The translations under genes were made by a program, and so were the position numbers. From Acanthaster planci (lineage: Eukaryota): a stretch of 64,000 nucleotides of DNA. The stretch's first letter is position 1, and every line of letters begins with the position of its first letter. Shown here piece after piece: positions 13,588 through 26,500 of this stretch. A model generated the notes under the pieces. That model was not told the origin of the DNA and ran no database searches. It saw only the letters and a program-made list of their open reading frames with translations. Location of the stretch: the NCBI RefSeq assembly GCF_001949145.1, contig NW_019091360.1, positions 2,415,599 to 2,479,598 on the forward strand, read 5' to 3'.

Positions 13588-13664
13588 TACCCCCAGAACT
13601 GTGGGGTTCAACGTCACATACTGTAGGAGCAGGGCTGACGTCGGACCCTACAGTTCTGGGAGTA
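13588..13664. repeat. 77-bp fold-back hairpin (tiny TA-flanked MITE or pre-miRNA-like)
   Basis: TACCCCCAGAACTGTGGGGTTCAACGTCA pairs with TGACGTCGGACCCTACAGTTCTGGGAGTA: 29-bp arms, 2 mismatches plus 2 G-U pairs. TA at both ends. Confidence 0.6.
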
Positions 13665-14550
13665 GTTCAGCTTGTACATGTATGATGTAGGTCTCATGTA
13701 TTATTGACTCCTAAAAGTCCTAGGTCCTGGATGTAAATTCTAACGTAGGCCTGGTTCGAGTAACGAGGACTCTACAGATCCCTTCTACCAATCGAAACAT
13801 CCCAAATTGTCTCCTTTGGACATTATGACATGCTTGACAATGACACAGTCGATCAGATAGACTAGAGTCCCAGAACCTTCCATTGGCCTTGTGTAGGTAC
13901 CATTAATTAATTTTGCTCAAAATAACTTATTCCTCTAACATGCCTAACATAATCAAAGTCCTCAGTTTCACCCCCCCCCCAAAAAAAGGCCTGAATCTGT
14001 CATGTCTATCCAGTGCAGTCACTGTAGGGTTTAGAGTGGATCCAAGATTCTAGCAATGGTTAGGTTCACCTACATGTACCTTTGGGAAGAAAAGGGAAAT
14101 TACCCATAAAAGTCGGAATTCATCCTGTTGATTCAAAATTTTGTTGTGATTCAACTGTATGTTAATTTTCAAGGATAGCATTGACAGCATCCCAACATGT
14201 AAGCACAACATTTACAATGTACATGTACATTGAAGACTTGGGTGTGGGCAGGCATATGCTGATAAGTGTTTGCCAAATGGCACAATGTACTGTAGCCGTG
14301 ACAGATCAGGTCGTACACCAGATGTTGTGCCATTCATTAAACAGCCGTCGTACGTGTGCCCAATCTTGAATGGTGCTTTGGCCAGTGTGTTGAGACTGCT
14401 GACTGTTATAGACTTGCAGGTACTGTGTGCAGATCTTCTTTGATATTATCTGGTTGAAGTTTTATAACTTGAGTTGTACGTTTCATTTGTTTGACTGTTG
14501 TATGTAGTTTCCCCAGAGTATCGACGGAGCGTTGCTGACTTTGAACAATC

Positions 14551-17500
14551 ATGTCAGACAACGGTGTGAAGGAGCCCTCGGAGCTTGAGAAGAAAATCAT
14601 CAGACAGATTGAGGTGTGGATGCCAGTTTCAGTCTCCTTCCATGTTCTAATAACCGCAACCCTATGGGTGTGGGGAAAAATGTTATCGAAATTTCAAGAA
14701 AGAACTTGAAAATTGTTGGACATGTTGGAGGTGATTATTATTATCAAGCGTTCATTTACACATTTAGTGGTTGGTACCTCTGGACCCGTAAAAAATATCC
14801 ATGGACCTACTTAAGTATGCACATAGCTTCTTCAAAATGGACGACTGGGTGTGAGCGGTATTGTCATCAAACTGCATATATGTACATAATAATGTATACT
14901 TTTGGCTCACATTTAGTCAGTGTGGGTTATAGCAAAATATATTTACAATGTACCTTTTGACTCTCAGTGTTAAATTTTATTTTTTTTTATTTAATGACAT
15001 TGAAAGTACATGTGACTGACCTAAAAACCTGGCCTATGAATGACTGTACTAAGAATTTAATGGGATGTAAACTTGTGTAGTTACAGTAGAGCTAAAAAAA
15101 CAAATTACATCAAAATTTACAAGAATATGAAATATCTCCCGTAATTTTACTGTAACGTTTAACAGAAACTTCTTTCTGTTGTTTCCATTAATTTCTTTGG
15201 TGTCTTGTTTTCTTTCAGTATTACTTCGGAGATGTCAACCTAAAACGGGACCGCTTTCTCCAAGAGAAAATTAAAGAAGATGATGGATGTATCCTAATAT
15301 AAACAAGAGACAAAAGAATTTGCATACACAGAACCTTCTGGTGTTTAGTTCACGATTGTCTACCATTAAACTTAATCAGCTTACTCACGATGGAAAACCA
15401 GTGACTGGGTAGGTTTCTATTTTGATTAGTTTGTGGTTGAACAAACACAGTGGACTGAAGATAAATTTGAACACGGCATCAGTGACCCAACAACTTATGT
15501 GTCATCAGATTTGTTAGGAGTCATCTTTCTTTATTGAGAAGGTACAGGTTACAAAACATAAACACCTATAGATGTGCTGTATGGTGTACACCTAGAATGA
15601 CAGTGCTAGCCAGATTAGGACTGCTGCAAACCTGGGCAGCAGTAGATGCAGCACTGCGACCTGGTTAAAACAATAAATTAAACCCACTTCATTTGATTTC
15701 CATAAGGTTTTTTTTTTAAATAAGGTCTTTGATGAGAGAGTTTCCAAGTTAGGTTTGTGGTTACACCATGCCTTTTAGTGAGTGTTGGTACTGAAGGGAA
15801 CCGGTTACTTGACGTTTTTGGCAGTGTGCTCTGTCCGTCATCAGAAGTTTCCTTAGCACAGACTCTCAGGGGTCCCCCTGGAAACCATGATCAAGTTTAA
15901 CAGGTTGAAGGCTCTGACTGAAGACTTCAGCGTCATCACTGCAGCATTGGAAAAATCCACAGCTAACTTGATGGAAGTAAGTCAAATCCTTGGCTCAGTT
16001 CCAGTGACTTGTTGGGCGGAACATGAAAGCATGTGCATTAATGACAAAGGTGGCTAAAAGCTTACATGGCCTTTTAATTAAAAATATACACAGGTCCAAA
16101 CCTCATGGTTATTTTCTCTAAGATTCATCTTCATGCTTTTTGCTGCCATGACCAATTTAGTCAGTGAAAAAGGTCCATTGCCCTGTGACTCAGCAAAGGG
16201 ACCATCTCGAAAGTTTTAACGCCAAAGTACTGAAACAATAATAATCCCCTTACATAAAACCTTAGCCATGCTTAAATCAAGCAATCTGCCAGTTGAAAAA
16301 TTATTTTGTCAATCAGAAAATGGAATCAGATTGAAGAGGCCTTTGAGTGTGAAATTGCGGTTGGACATCGGACATTTCCCGAGCACTTATTGTTTGAACA
16401 AAAAGATGCTCGGACCAATTGTCTCACCAACATATCAATAACAGCTCTTAAAATATCAACACAATATATGGGATTATGGCACCTGTTTATTATTAGTTTT
16501 GTGTTAGAATTACATTAATTATGCTCAAGGCATTCATCAGGGCTGATCACTCATCACCGGCCTGTGTCACCTAGCGCCACGCGTGTATGTATACTTTACT
16601 TGCACAGACATGAAATCACCCCATAATACTTCGCACTGTCAGAGTGGTGAAAACACGTGCCCGAAACTCTATGCATTAAACGAAGCTGCTCTGGTTCCTG
16701 CCGCACTGCACCCATGCAAAACAATGGGCGATGGAAACGTAGCAACTAGTACCAGTCTGAACTGTACATGTACTGAATATAAACACATGTACTGTACATA
16801 AACACTCTTCATCGGCTGTACACGTCACAAATGCAAAAGGCTGCAGGCTGGAAAGACATCGATGTTATGTTGCAAGAGGTTTCCTGTAAGTTAATTCACA
16901 GAACATGGTCTCTTATTTATGTTTGTATTTTCTGTGTTCATGAGTGTAATTTGAGGTTGTTCTGTTCATGGAACAAGGTTTAGTGCCTGCTGGTCTGATG
17001 CATCATGCACCCTTACCACACGATACATGGACATTTTTGGCCAGTTTGCTGTCGTGATTGCCATTGTGATTGTGTGATTTGTTCATAATTTTCCTGTGAA
17101 TTGCCGTATGTAGAAATTTTTACATAGATTAAGACAGGTGTTCATCACTTTTTGAGATACTTTGGGAGGCTGCGTAATGACATTTTGTCCGAGAACTTTT
17201 TGGGTCTAATTTCGCGCTCTGGGATTACTGAAAGGGAGAGTGGACGTTAGACTTGTACATGGGAGTAATGAAGTGCCTTGGATTATTCCCACAAGTCAAT
17301 GGACCACAAGATCAGGACACACTTAGTTCTCCCCATGCTGATTGTTACTGTAGACACAGACACATACATGTACATGTAGGGGATCTAGCATGGGAAATGG
17401 CTTTTAAAAGGATGAGTCCCCTCCTCCCGCCTCCCCTATTTTTCTGTTAATAAGTTCTTCTTACCGACTAGTTGGGTGTTATTTTTTAAAGAACCTGCGA

Positions 17501-20500
17501 GCTCATCTTGAAAGTGTGATACATGTACATGTACTAATGTATTCAGGATGAACAGACATTTTAAACACTATTCACATGCACTGAAATCAATTAAAATGTG
17601 TAATGTTTAATTTACATAAACAATTTCCTGATTTTTATTTTTAAAAAAAGGCAATCAGTATTGCAATTCGGAAATTTGGAATAATAGGCAGAGATCTTTC
17701 AGCATGTTCTGACCTTTCTTCGATTGTCACCCTACCAGTGTTGATTGGTCTTTAACCATGAGTTCTCTCTCTTTCTGTCAAATCTTTCTCAGATAAGTGA
17801 GGACAGAAACAAGATTCGCCGTCTGCCGAGCAAGCCCCTACCTCAAGACACAACAGAATACAGGAGGAATGTCCGAGAAAAAAGCGTCTACTGTGTAAGT
17901 CTATCTGAGGCTTAGTTACTGCTCCCAGGTCCAGACATGACTGGTGAAATGTTGATCCATTCCAGCTTAGTAATCCAATTGCCTTAGAATGCTGTTATAA
18001 CAATCAAGATGGGGTCTACACAAAATGTTGCGTGCAGTGGTCGTTCAATACAGCAAGCTTTGGCTGTTTATGCCTCTCGTTTCTGCCAATTCAAATGTGT
18101 GGCGGCCTGCCTCGTGAATGTGTCTGACTGAGGCTTTTTTGGCTAACACAGTTACCTCATACATAAAAATTTAAGTAAAAATATATGTACATGTAAATAT
18201 GAAAATCTGCGCTTTTTGCCACATTTATTTGTTTTTTCTTTCAAGTTTCACTTTTTGGGTTCGGCAGTGTCTATGACGGCAGCATTTTCACTTCATCGAT
18301 ATCCACAGATTCAAATGTGTCATGTATTACATCGTTCTTTCCATGCATTTCAGAAAGGTTTTCCCCTCGACGCTGAAGTGGGCCAGATTCAAGATTTCCT
18401 TGACAGGTTTGGCGAGACAGAGCACGTCATGATGAGACGAGATAGGGAGAATAAATTCAAGGTAACATCCCCATACAGAGTATTTACATTAGAGGATGCT
18501 CCAACACTGACAGTATGGAAACTCTGCCTGGCCTCACAGTTTTGTAGATGTGCTTTCTTGACACACAAAGTGAGGATTCTTTGAGACTCTCCAAATAGCC
18601 AGTGCAAATAGTTCAAGAAATCACACACAAATCTTACATTCAAGGGTATTTTAATACGTATTTTGCATTTGGGGAAATGTTGATTTTAATAACAGGGTTT
18701 GACTTTACACTGATCTATATATTCTGTGTTTGTCCAAGAGCTTGTAAGAAAATTCACAAGTGTACTCAGGTTGGACTGGAACCCATGACCTCCCGCTTAC
18801 TAGTGCATAGGGCTGTACCAAATATCTGAATATTCGATCAATTCCTGGATATTTGAATATTATTTTCAAAATTTGAATATTTGAATGCAAAATTCATAAA
18901 AAGGAAATGAGGTTTTTCTCTTGTTTTAAATAAGAAAAATTCCACCGTGGAGACTTGTTTCGAGCAGATTCAAATGAAAAGCGACAGAAGTCTTTAAATA
19001 ATTTGTTGAACTACTTAAAAGGAATAGAAATTTTTAACAGGACAAGAAGTATTATTTGTCTCTTAAACCTGGCAAATTAGTGGCTTGACATACCCCTAGA
19101 CGTGATGTGACGTGTAAAGCTATTATAGTGATTATAAGGAACAATGGTGTGCGTTATTGCAACTGATTTTGTATATGGTTTGTTCATCAACAATCTGCTG
19201 GTGGGTACGACTGAATATTCGGATGTTCAATAGAATTGAATGTCAAATATTTGAACAGTGAATTATTTGAATTGACTCAGCCCTACTAGTGCAGATTTCA
19301 TAACCCCTTGATCACCAAGCTTGCCGGGGTCGCCTGGCCGGTCTAAGTCAGAAGTAGCAGTACTGCAAACTATTTCAAGGTGTACTTTGCATGGGGAGAT
19401 TTTAATTTTAAATAACAGGTTTTGTGTGTGCGACCCATGTACCTGCATTACCTGAGTAGTGTCTCATAATTTTACTTACCACATCAGTTTCTACATGTTG
19501 CATGCCACATAGGAATCAAGTGTGCTCATGTGTTGACGCATTGAATCGGAGCTCTCCCCCTCAAAGTCGAATCAAACTAGGACAGGGGTATTAATCCTAA
19601 CCACGCTGAACTCAATGATATCCAGCAGTTGGATATTGCTGATGTGAGCAGTGAACAAAAAGCCTTTCGTTCTAGCTGTTTCTTTCAGGTCCAGCAAGCT
19701 TCACACTCAAAAAACTTTTCATTGTTGTTGGATTCAGGAGGATGGCTGCAAAGTTTGGGTAGGGGGTAAGGGATAATGGATTTAAGAGCCAAATATTTTG
19801 AACTCGTAAGATGACACCATGCATTACACATTTCAGTGCATCATGTATGTACATCTATGGCCAGGCTGTTATGTAGTTTAAAGTGCCGCCTTTCTTTTGT
19901 ATTTCTGTTATTTTCAGGGATCAGTGTTTGCCACATTCAGAGATAAGGAGTCGAGCACAAAGTTCCTGAGAGAGGAGGGCTTGAAATATGGAGAGACAGA
20001 ACTTATTAAGATGACCAAGTATGTTGTGTCATAATGTGGCTATCAGATATCTGTGCACATATTTTTCTTCATTTCGGGAATTTGTTGCAAATGGGAATAG
20101 AAGTGTTTACACAAAACCTGAATAAAGACTTGCTATCTGACCACAAATATTTTCGGCCCAATGCACCGGGCTTACCCTTTCCACAATAACGGCATTAAAA
20201 CCATAATGAATGCATGCTTGTACTGTTTCCCCATTAATTGCGCTGCAGTGCAGTTCTTTACACAAAATGGCCGAAACTAATGATAAAAGCGATGCTTCCT
20301 TCCTTCTGCAAAGAAATAACAAAGAAACAAAGCAAGCGTTCTTACAAGAAAATTGTTGTCCATACAGGGATGACTGTTGAAGCTCTTTTAAGAAAGCGGA
20401 TAGGAGAAAATGGCAAATTGTTAAGATACCAACCAGGTGGTGATGACTTATTCAGGCATTGTACAAAGCATGTAATGTTTCACATTTGTGCAGTGGAAAA

Positions 20501-23500
20501 ATAATGAATACTTTCCACCTGGCTTCACCTCACAGAATGGAACGTTTCGTCTGTTACCTTATGAAATTATTCTTTCCATCACACCAAAGTAACACATTTA
20601 AGAAATTAAGATTGTTAGGAGGGTAATGCTGTGTGTATTACGGTTTCGCTTAGGTATTCCATCCCCGCACACCCTTGTACATGCTGTGATGATGTTAGCA
20701 ATCTGTCAATCCACTGATTTCACAGTGATGTCAGAATTCATATATCTGAGCATGGATATCATGAATCTATGGTGAATCTAGACTACATCCCACACTTCTT
20801 TACAACTTCAGACGTATAGCCTCTTTGATTCTTGTATCTTTGTGTCTGCATATTGTTGTTTTGACATTAGATTTGAAAGGCAATTGATTCATTCTCTCTT
20901 TTTGTTTTTTTTCGCAGAGAAAATTATTTTCTGAAGAAGGTAGAAGAAAGGAAACAGAAGAGGGAGGAAGAGAAACTCAAGAAACAACAGTATGTTAATT
21001 TCTTTTATTTAATCATTTTTTTCTCTTCCTGTTTCTAATTAAATGGAAAAGATCAGCGATGGTATTAATACTTATCAATCTTTAAGAAGGCTTTCTATAA
21101 ACCCCAAGGCTGGAGGTAAGCAAAAAGTCGAGATACCTTAAGTATTAATGTTAATCTGTCCACTGGTAAGTTTCAATCTACTCCACATTGTACTATAGGA
21201 CCTCAAAATTGCTTTTCTTGGCTGTTCCGAGAGCTCTACATCTGTCTAAACAATGCAGTTGCAGTGATGATGTCTTGTTATCTGTCAATCCACTGACTTG
21301 CACAGTGATGACAAACCACAAACCTGAGCAACGTATCACCAGTCCAATCTTTCAGATGGGTACTAGACTGTTGATTTTCCACTCAATTGTTGGCCAGAGC
21401 CATAACCAACTACCATGCTATACCATACCTGTGTGTTGTTTCAGTGTTTAGCCTTGGTGTACACATCAGTGGATATTAAAATTGTATACCATGGTATAAT
21501 GGTACTGAATTAGGCCATTTATTTTTTGCTAGTCAATTATATCATAATGCTAATCAAATGACAATGTGGTTAGCAAATTTGCTAATCAATTTTATTTTCA
21601 TATATAACGGGTTTGCCCTCACCCAACGTATATTNNNNNNNNNNNNNNNNNNNNNNNNNNNNNNNNNNNNNNNNNNNNNNNNNNNTTCAACCACCGAGCT
21701 TGCCGGGGTCGGCTGGCCGGTCCGAGTCAAATGAAGCAGCGGGTACTGCAGACTATTTTCAAGATGTATTTTTGCATTTTATTTTCTTATTTCCATCACT
21801 GGGGCATCACTTTTTGTCCAGTTTATGCATTGCTTAGCAGCGCCAAATCCTTTGGTATTGGAGATTATTGATGCTGTGTTTGAATTCTGAGAATTAATTT
21901 TTTTTGTCTGCAGGGAAAAAGAGAGGAAAGAGAGAGAAGCAATCGAGGCACAAAAGGTATGCTGTAGTTGGGAGATAGGAACCCAGACTTGAAGATGCAG
22001 GTTAATCTGTTACAGTTGCATTGATGATGTTTGTAATCAGTCAATCCACTGAAGCACAGTGATGACAAAACTACAAACCAAATCTGAGCAAACATGCCTC
22101 CCTCAAATAAATTACCCTTCATTATAAAGCTTATGCTTTAATGTGACCAGATCCCTCAGAATGAATCTGAAAGCCATCTTTTCTGTTTTAGTGTGCATAT
22201 TAAAGCAAACTTAGCTTGTTGTATTGAGGTATTTCACAGTTTGGCATCCTGATGAATATGGACACTAGGTGAAAAGGTTGAGGGTTTCTGTTGAAATTAT
22301 CTGGTTGTGTCGAAACTAGTATCTGATGGACACTGCAGTTGGTAGAGCTTTAGCAATGTGGTCCAGCGGTTATAGGTTCAAATCTCTCTGGTAGATTTCT
22401 TTGTTCATCTTCGTCATCATGAGCATGTTATCTGTTTTCCGCCTTCATCAATTCCTGGTTTCTTGTAAAGGCCCCCATAAGTCAAAATTGGCTCTCATGA
22501 TGTCTGACACGCCCTATTAGGTTGGGTCACAAATTATTATTCAATCACTACCTCGGTAGAAAGTTGGCAAACCTTTCTTGAGGTTGCACATTCAAATCCC
22601 GCTCCAGTCAGTTTCGTTGTTGAGTTTTATTTTCATTATAAGCACCTTGAGAGTTTCTCCGACAACTCAATTTTAAACAAAAAGCTGATTGGAATTCCAA
22701 TTGGAATTGAAGTTACAGTTACTGTGAATACATCTTGATGCCAGATATTTCTCATTTTTGTATGTTGTAACAGGCTGAGTTTGGTGACTACGAGAAAGGC
22801 TGCATTCTTCACTTCAGCAGTGCTAGTGACCAGATGTCAAGGGAAGACTTGAAGGAATTTTTCTCAGAGTACGGAACAGTGAGCTGGATTGACTTTGTCA
22901 GAGGTCAGACAGAGGTAGGCATCTAGCCCTGGGTACTCACATTCAAACCAAACCAAATCTATGCCAGTGTATGTGTTTGTCATAAAGGCAGTCAACTTTG
23001 TATATCAATTGTTCAAACTATTGGCATATTAAAACATTGTTCTGTTGCATCATCAGGTGTTGCATATGATCAAATCATGTCCATTTGAAAGATAGATTTT
23101 GTAGATTTGTCTAAATGCAAGCTTGAGCATTTAACTGAACTGTGAACTATTCACGGTCAGGGATTAGGTATTGTTAACCACTTGCTGCCGGGTGCTTTTA
23201 ACCACTTCGTGCCGGGGCATTTTTCAACATTGATGATGCTGGGCCGGCATGACTATTATTTTTTCCATTTTCAAAATCCTTCAACAATTCATCCCATTTA
23301 ACAGTCGTTTATAGCCACACGGAGTAGTCTTTAGGCACTACTCTAAGTTGACAGGTGACCTTCATTGATGCCCGAATATTTCAGCCAGGCCTGCAGCCTT
23401 GTAAACAGAGCCCAGATTGTGCGGTGTTATACAACTGTCTTCTGTTCACAAACCTGGCTCAGTGCACTGCTGACCTCTTTTCAATTGGGGCCAGGTTAGC

Positions 23501-26500
23501 GTGCAGCGGTGCTTCGTGGCTCATCGCTGCGGTGGTGGAGAGCTTTTGTCCCCGGTGGTAATCCGCTTGCTCTCAATGCCCTAAACCCTGGTATACGGTT
23601 TCAAAACAATGCTGGATTATCACCACTTTTGAGAGTGAAAAATGCCGGTAATGCCCAGCAGCCTGGTCTTTTGTTCGGAGTATGGTCTTTTGTTACAGGG
23701 CCCTGTTTCCTTTGTCCGAGTTTGGAGACCCCGGCAACACATATAAACCAATCAGCTCCGATTTCGGAGTCCCTGGCTGTTAGTGGTTAAAAATGCAGCA
23801 CCTCCATACTGGCAAATTTTCACTATCTTCGGTTTTCAAAAAATCTTCAAAAATTCTTTTCTTTTTTTCCTGAATGTCTAAACCCCGTCGAATGACTGTC
23901 TGGTGGCTACTCTAATCTGAAAGATAACATCTGTTGATGCCCGAGTATTTCAGCCAGGCCTGCTGAAAATGCAAAATACAAGTTTCTTTTGTTTCCGAAA
24001 TTGGCACAGTGTGCTGCTGTTATCTTTTCAATATGAACCAGATTTGCATGCAGCGGTATTGTATTGTAAGGCCCAGCTATTTTGTGCCATTTTGGGCACC
24101 CCGGCTATGCGTACAAACCCAAGGTACCCAAAACCGGGTTCCCCGGCAGCGTATGGTTGAGGTTAATATTCAGGTAAATAAAGTAGCCACAGGTAATTTT
24201 TACAAGAAATCATTTCATGATGGTTTTATTGTTTATTGAACAACATCACCATGAATGTCATGGTTTAGTTGTCTTTTGTCTGCTGTTCCCTCTCCGTACA
24301 TCTTTTATCAATGCAAGTGAGACAAGAAGTGTTCTTGGTTGAAGACTTTGGACGCGAAATAAGTTTGACCCTGTGGAAACATTTTGATGCTCCTCCAATC
24401 TCATTGCTGTTGTGATTTGAACAGGGTCACATTCGCTTCGACAAAGACACCCCAGCAGCCAGCGTGCTGGAGAAGGCCAAGGCAGCCAATGACAACAAGC
24501 TGACCGTGAGGGGATGTGACCTGGAGACGCGAGTTCTGGAAGGAGAGGAGGAAGAGATCCACTGGGCCAAGATACACGAGAACATGTCCATGGTGCGACT
24601 CAAGAAACAACAAGGTATTGATTGATTTGTGAGCCGGCCTAACAAAATACATGGCAGGTTGCCTGAGCCAGTTTTGAGTTAACCCCTTCAGCCCGGGAAC
24701 TTTGTGTGAGGATTAATGCATACCACACATACATTCTATTCATAATGCAGCTGCAGTTTCAATGTGGGCCTGCTGCTGGACAGAGCTTTGCATACTGGGC
24801 AACCGCAGCTCAGCAGTCACGATCAAAAGAATCCTGGCGTGAAAGGGTTAAACACATCGCACCAGGAGCATTTATGAATGTTAATGATGCTGGGACGGGA
24901 TAATTTTCATTTTTTTTCTGTTTTCTAAATTCTTTAAAATTCATATCTTCATTTACTGGACACTTACACCCACACGAAGGACTCTCTGGTTTCTACTCTA
25001 ATCTGACAGACATCATCTATTGACGCTGGAGTAATTCAGCCAGGCCTGCCACCTTGTAAAAAGAGCCCAGATTGTGCAGTGTTACATACTTTATTTTTTT
25101 TCACGAAAGTGGCACAGTATGCTGCTGACCTCAATAGGGGCCAGATTAGCGTGCAGCAGTACTGTGTGGCTCATCACTGCAGTGGTGGAGCGCTTTTGTC
25201 CCCGGTGGTAATCCTCTCGCGTTGAATGCCCCAAACCATGGTACACTGTTTCAAAAAATGTTGGATTTTCTCCACTATTGAGAGTGAAAAAAGTTGATAA
25301 TTCCCAGCAGCCTGGTCTTTTGTTCCGAGTACTGTCTTTTGTTACAAGGCCCAGTTCTCTTTGTCCGATTGAAGAATATAAAGAATACGTGCCCAAAACC
25401 GGGTTCCCCGGTGGCAAGTGGTTAAAGGCCATTCAAAGAACCTTGAACACTGTAGGAGCCCTCAACAAAAAGAGCTCAATTTTGGCTCTTTATGAAACAA
25501 CCAAAACAAAATTACTGAAAAAAGGCCTTGAGATTCACGTCAACATTCAACAGATGACTTGTACAAACAAAAATTGGCAAGTCCCTATAATTTCTGCTTG
25601 AGAATGAGTGAAAGTGTTAAATGGATTGAGGTTTCAACCACCTGAGGCTCATTGTTAACAAGATCAGAGGCCCTCTTTCTGCGTCCATCCACAAATACTC
25701 AGCCTGTGAATCAGGACACTCCCTATTAAACCTGAATTTATACAGAAATCAGTTTGCATCCGTCAGATTGATTCCTCTTCAGACAGTTCACCACTTTACT
25801 TATTTCTCTTCAAGGACGCAAAGGGAAATTCAACAAGGGCCGGCCTGCAAAGACCAAAGGGCCGCGTGACACGGGGGTCAAGTACCAAGGGAAGAAGACA
25901 GTGTTCAAGGATGACAGCGATGAGGAGGAAGGTGAAGCAGCATCAGGGAGTGAAGCTGAGCAACAAGAAGGTAGGACACCAGACCCATCTCCATCAAAAC
26001 CCAGAGTTGTTGCTAGCATAAAACATACAACATTTTGTCCTGTCAACGTAACTTGAGCTTTTGTCATGGAAATATCAGAGGTAAGAATGGAGAATGAAAG
26101 CCACAGTGAGTCTCTCTGCATAGAGCGTATTTAACCATCAGTCATGATTAAGAGTTAAAACTCACCATTTATTCAGAATTCTGATCATTAGGTTTCGCTC
26201 ACTCATTGACATAATATGATGAGTACTGGGTACTCGATTTCTGGAAGCCAATGATTTTGGCTTTAAAGATCACCATTGAAGCTCACAATAGAGAGAGAAA
26301 CCTCAGCATTTTATTTGCTCATCTAGAGTTAATGAGGCAAGGTCATTTGGGATAAAATACCTGATGCCACAACGGCTCGGATTGGTGTCAGCACTCTCGA
26401 GTTGATATAAGCTGCACTGAAAGGGCCAATCTCAAGTCCCCCCAAATGAAGCACATCACACTTCATTTTGTGCGTGGTGTTAAGATAATCACCAGTCGCT

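Noticed and set aside
22249..22330. C/D-like motif pair (TGATGA...CTGA) in La intron 8
   Set aside because: No recognisable rRNA or snRNA guide, weak terminal stem, and it lies inside a probable MITE in an intron that already has a snoRNA.
26215..26365. ATGATGA...CTGA in La intron 11
   Set aside because: No terminal stem or identifiable guide, and the spacing is long.
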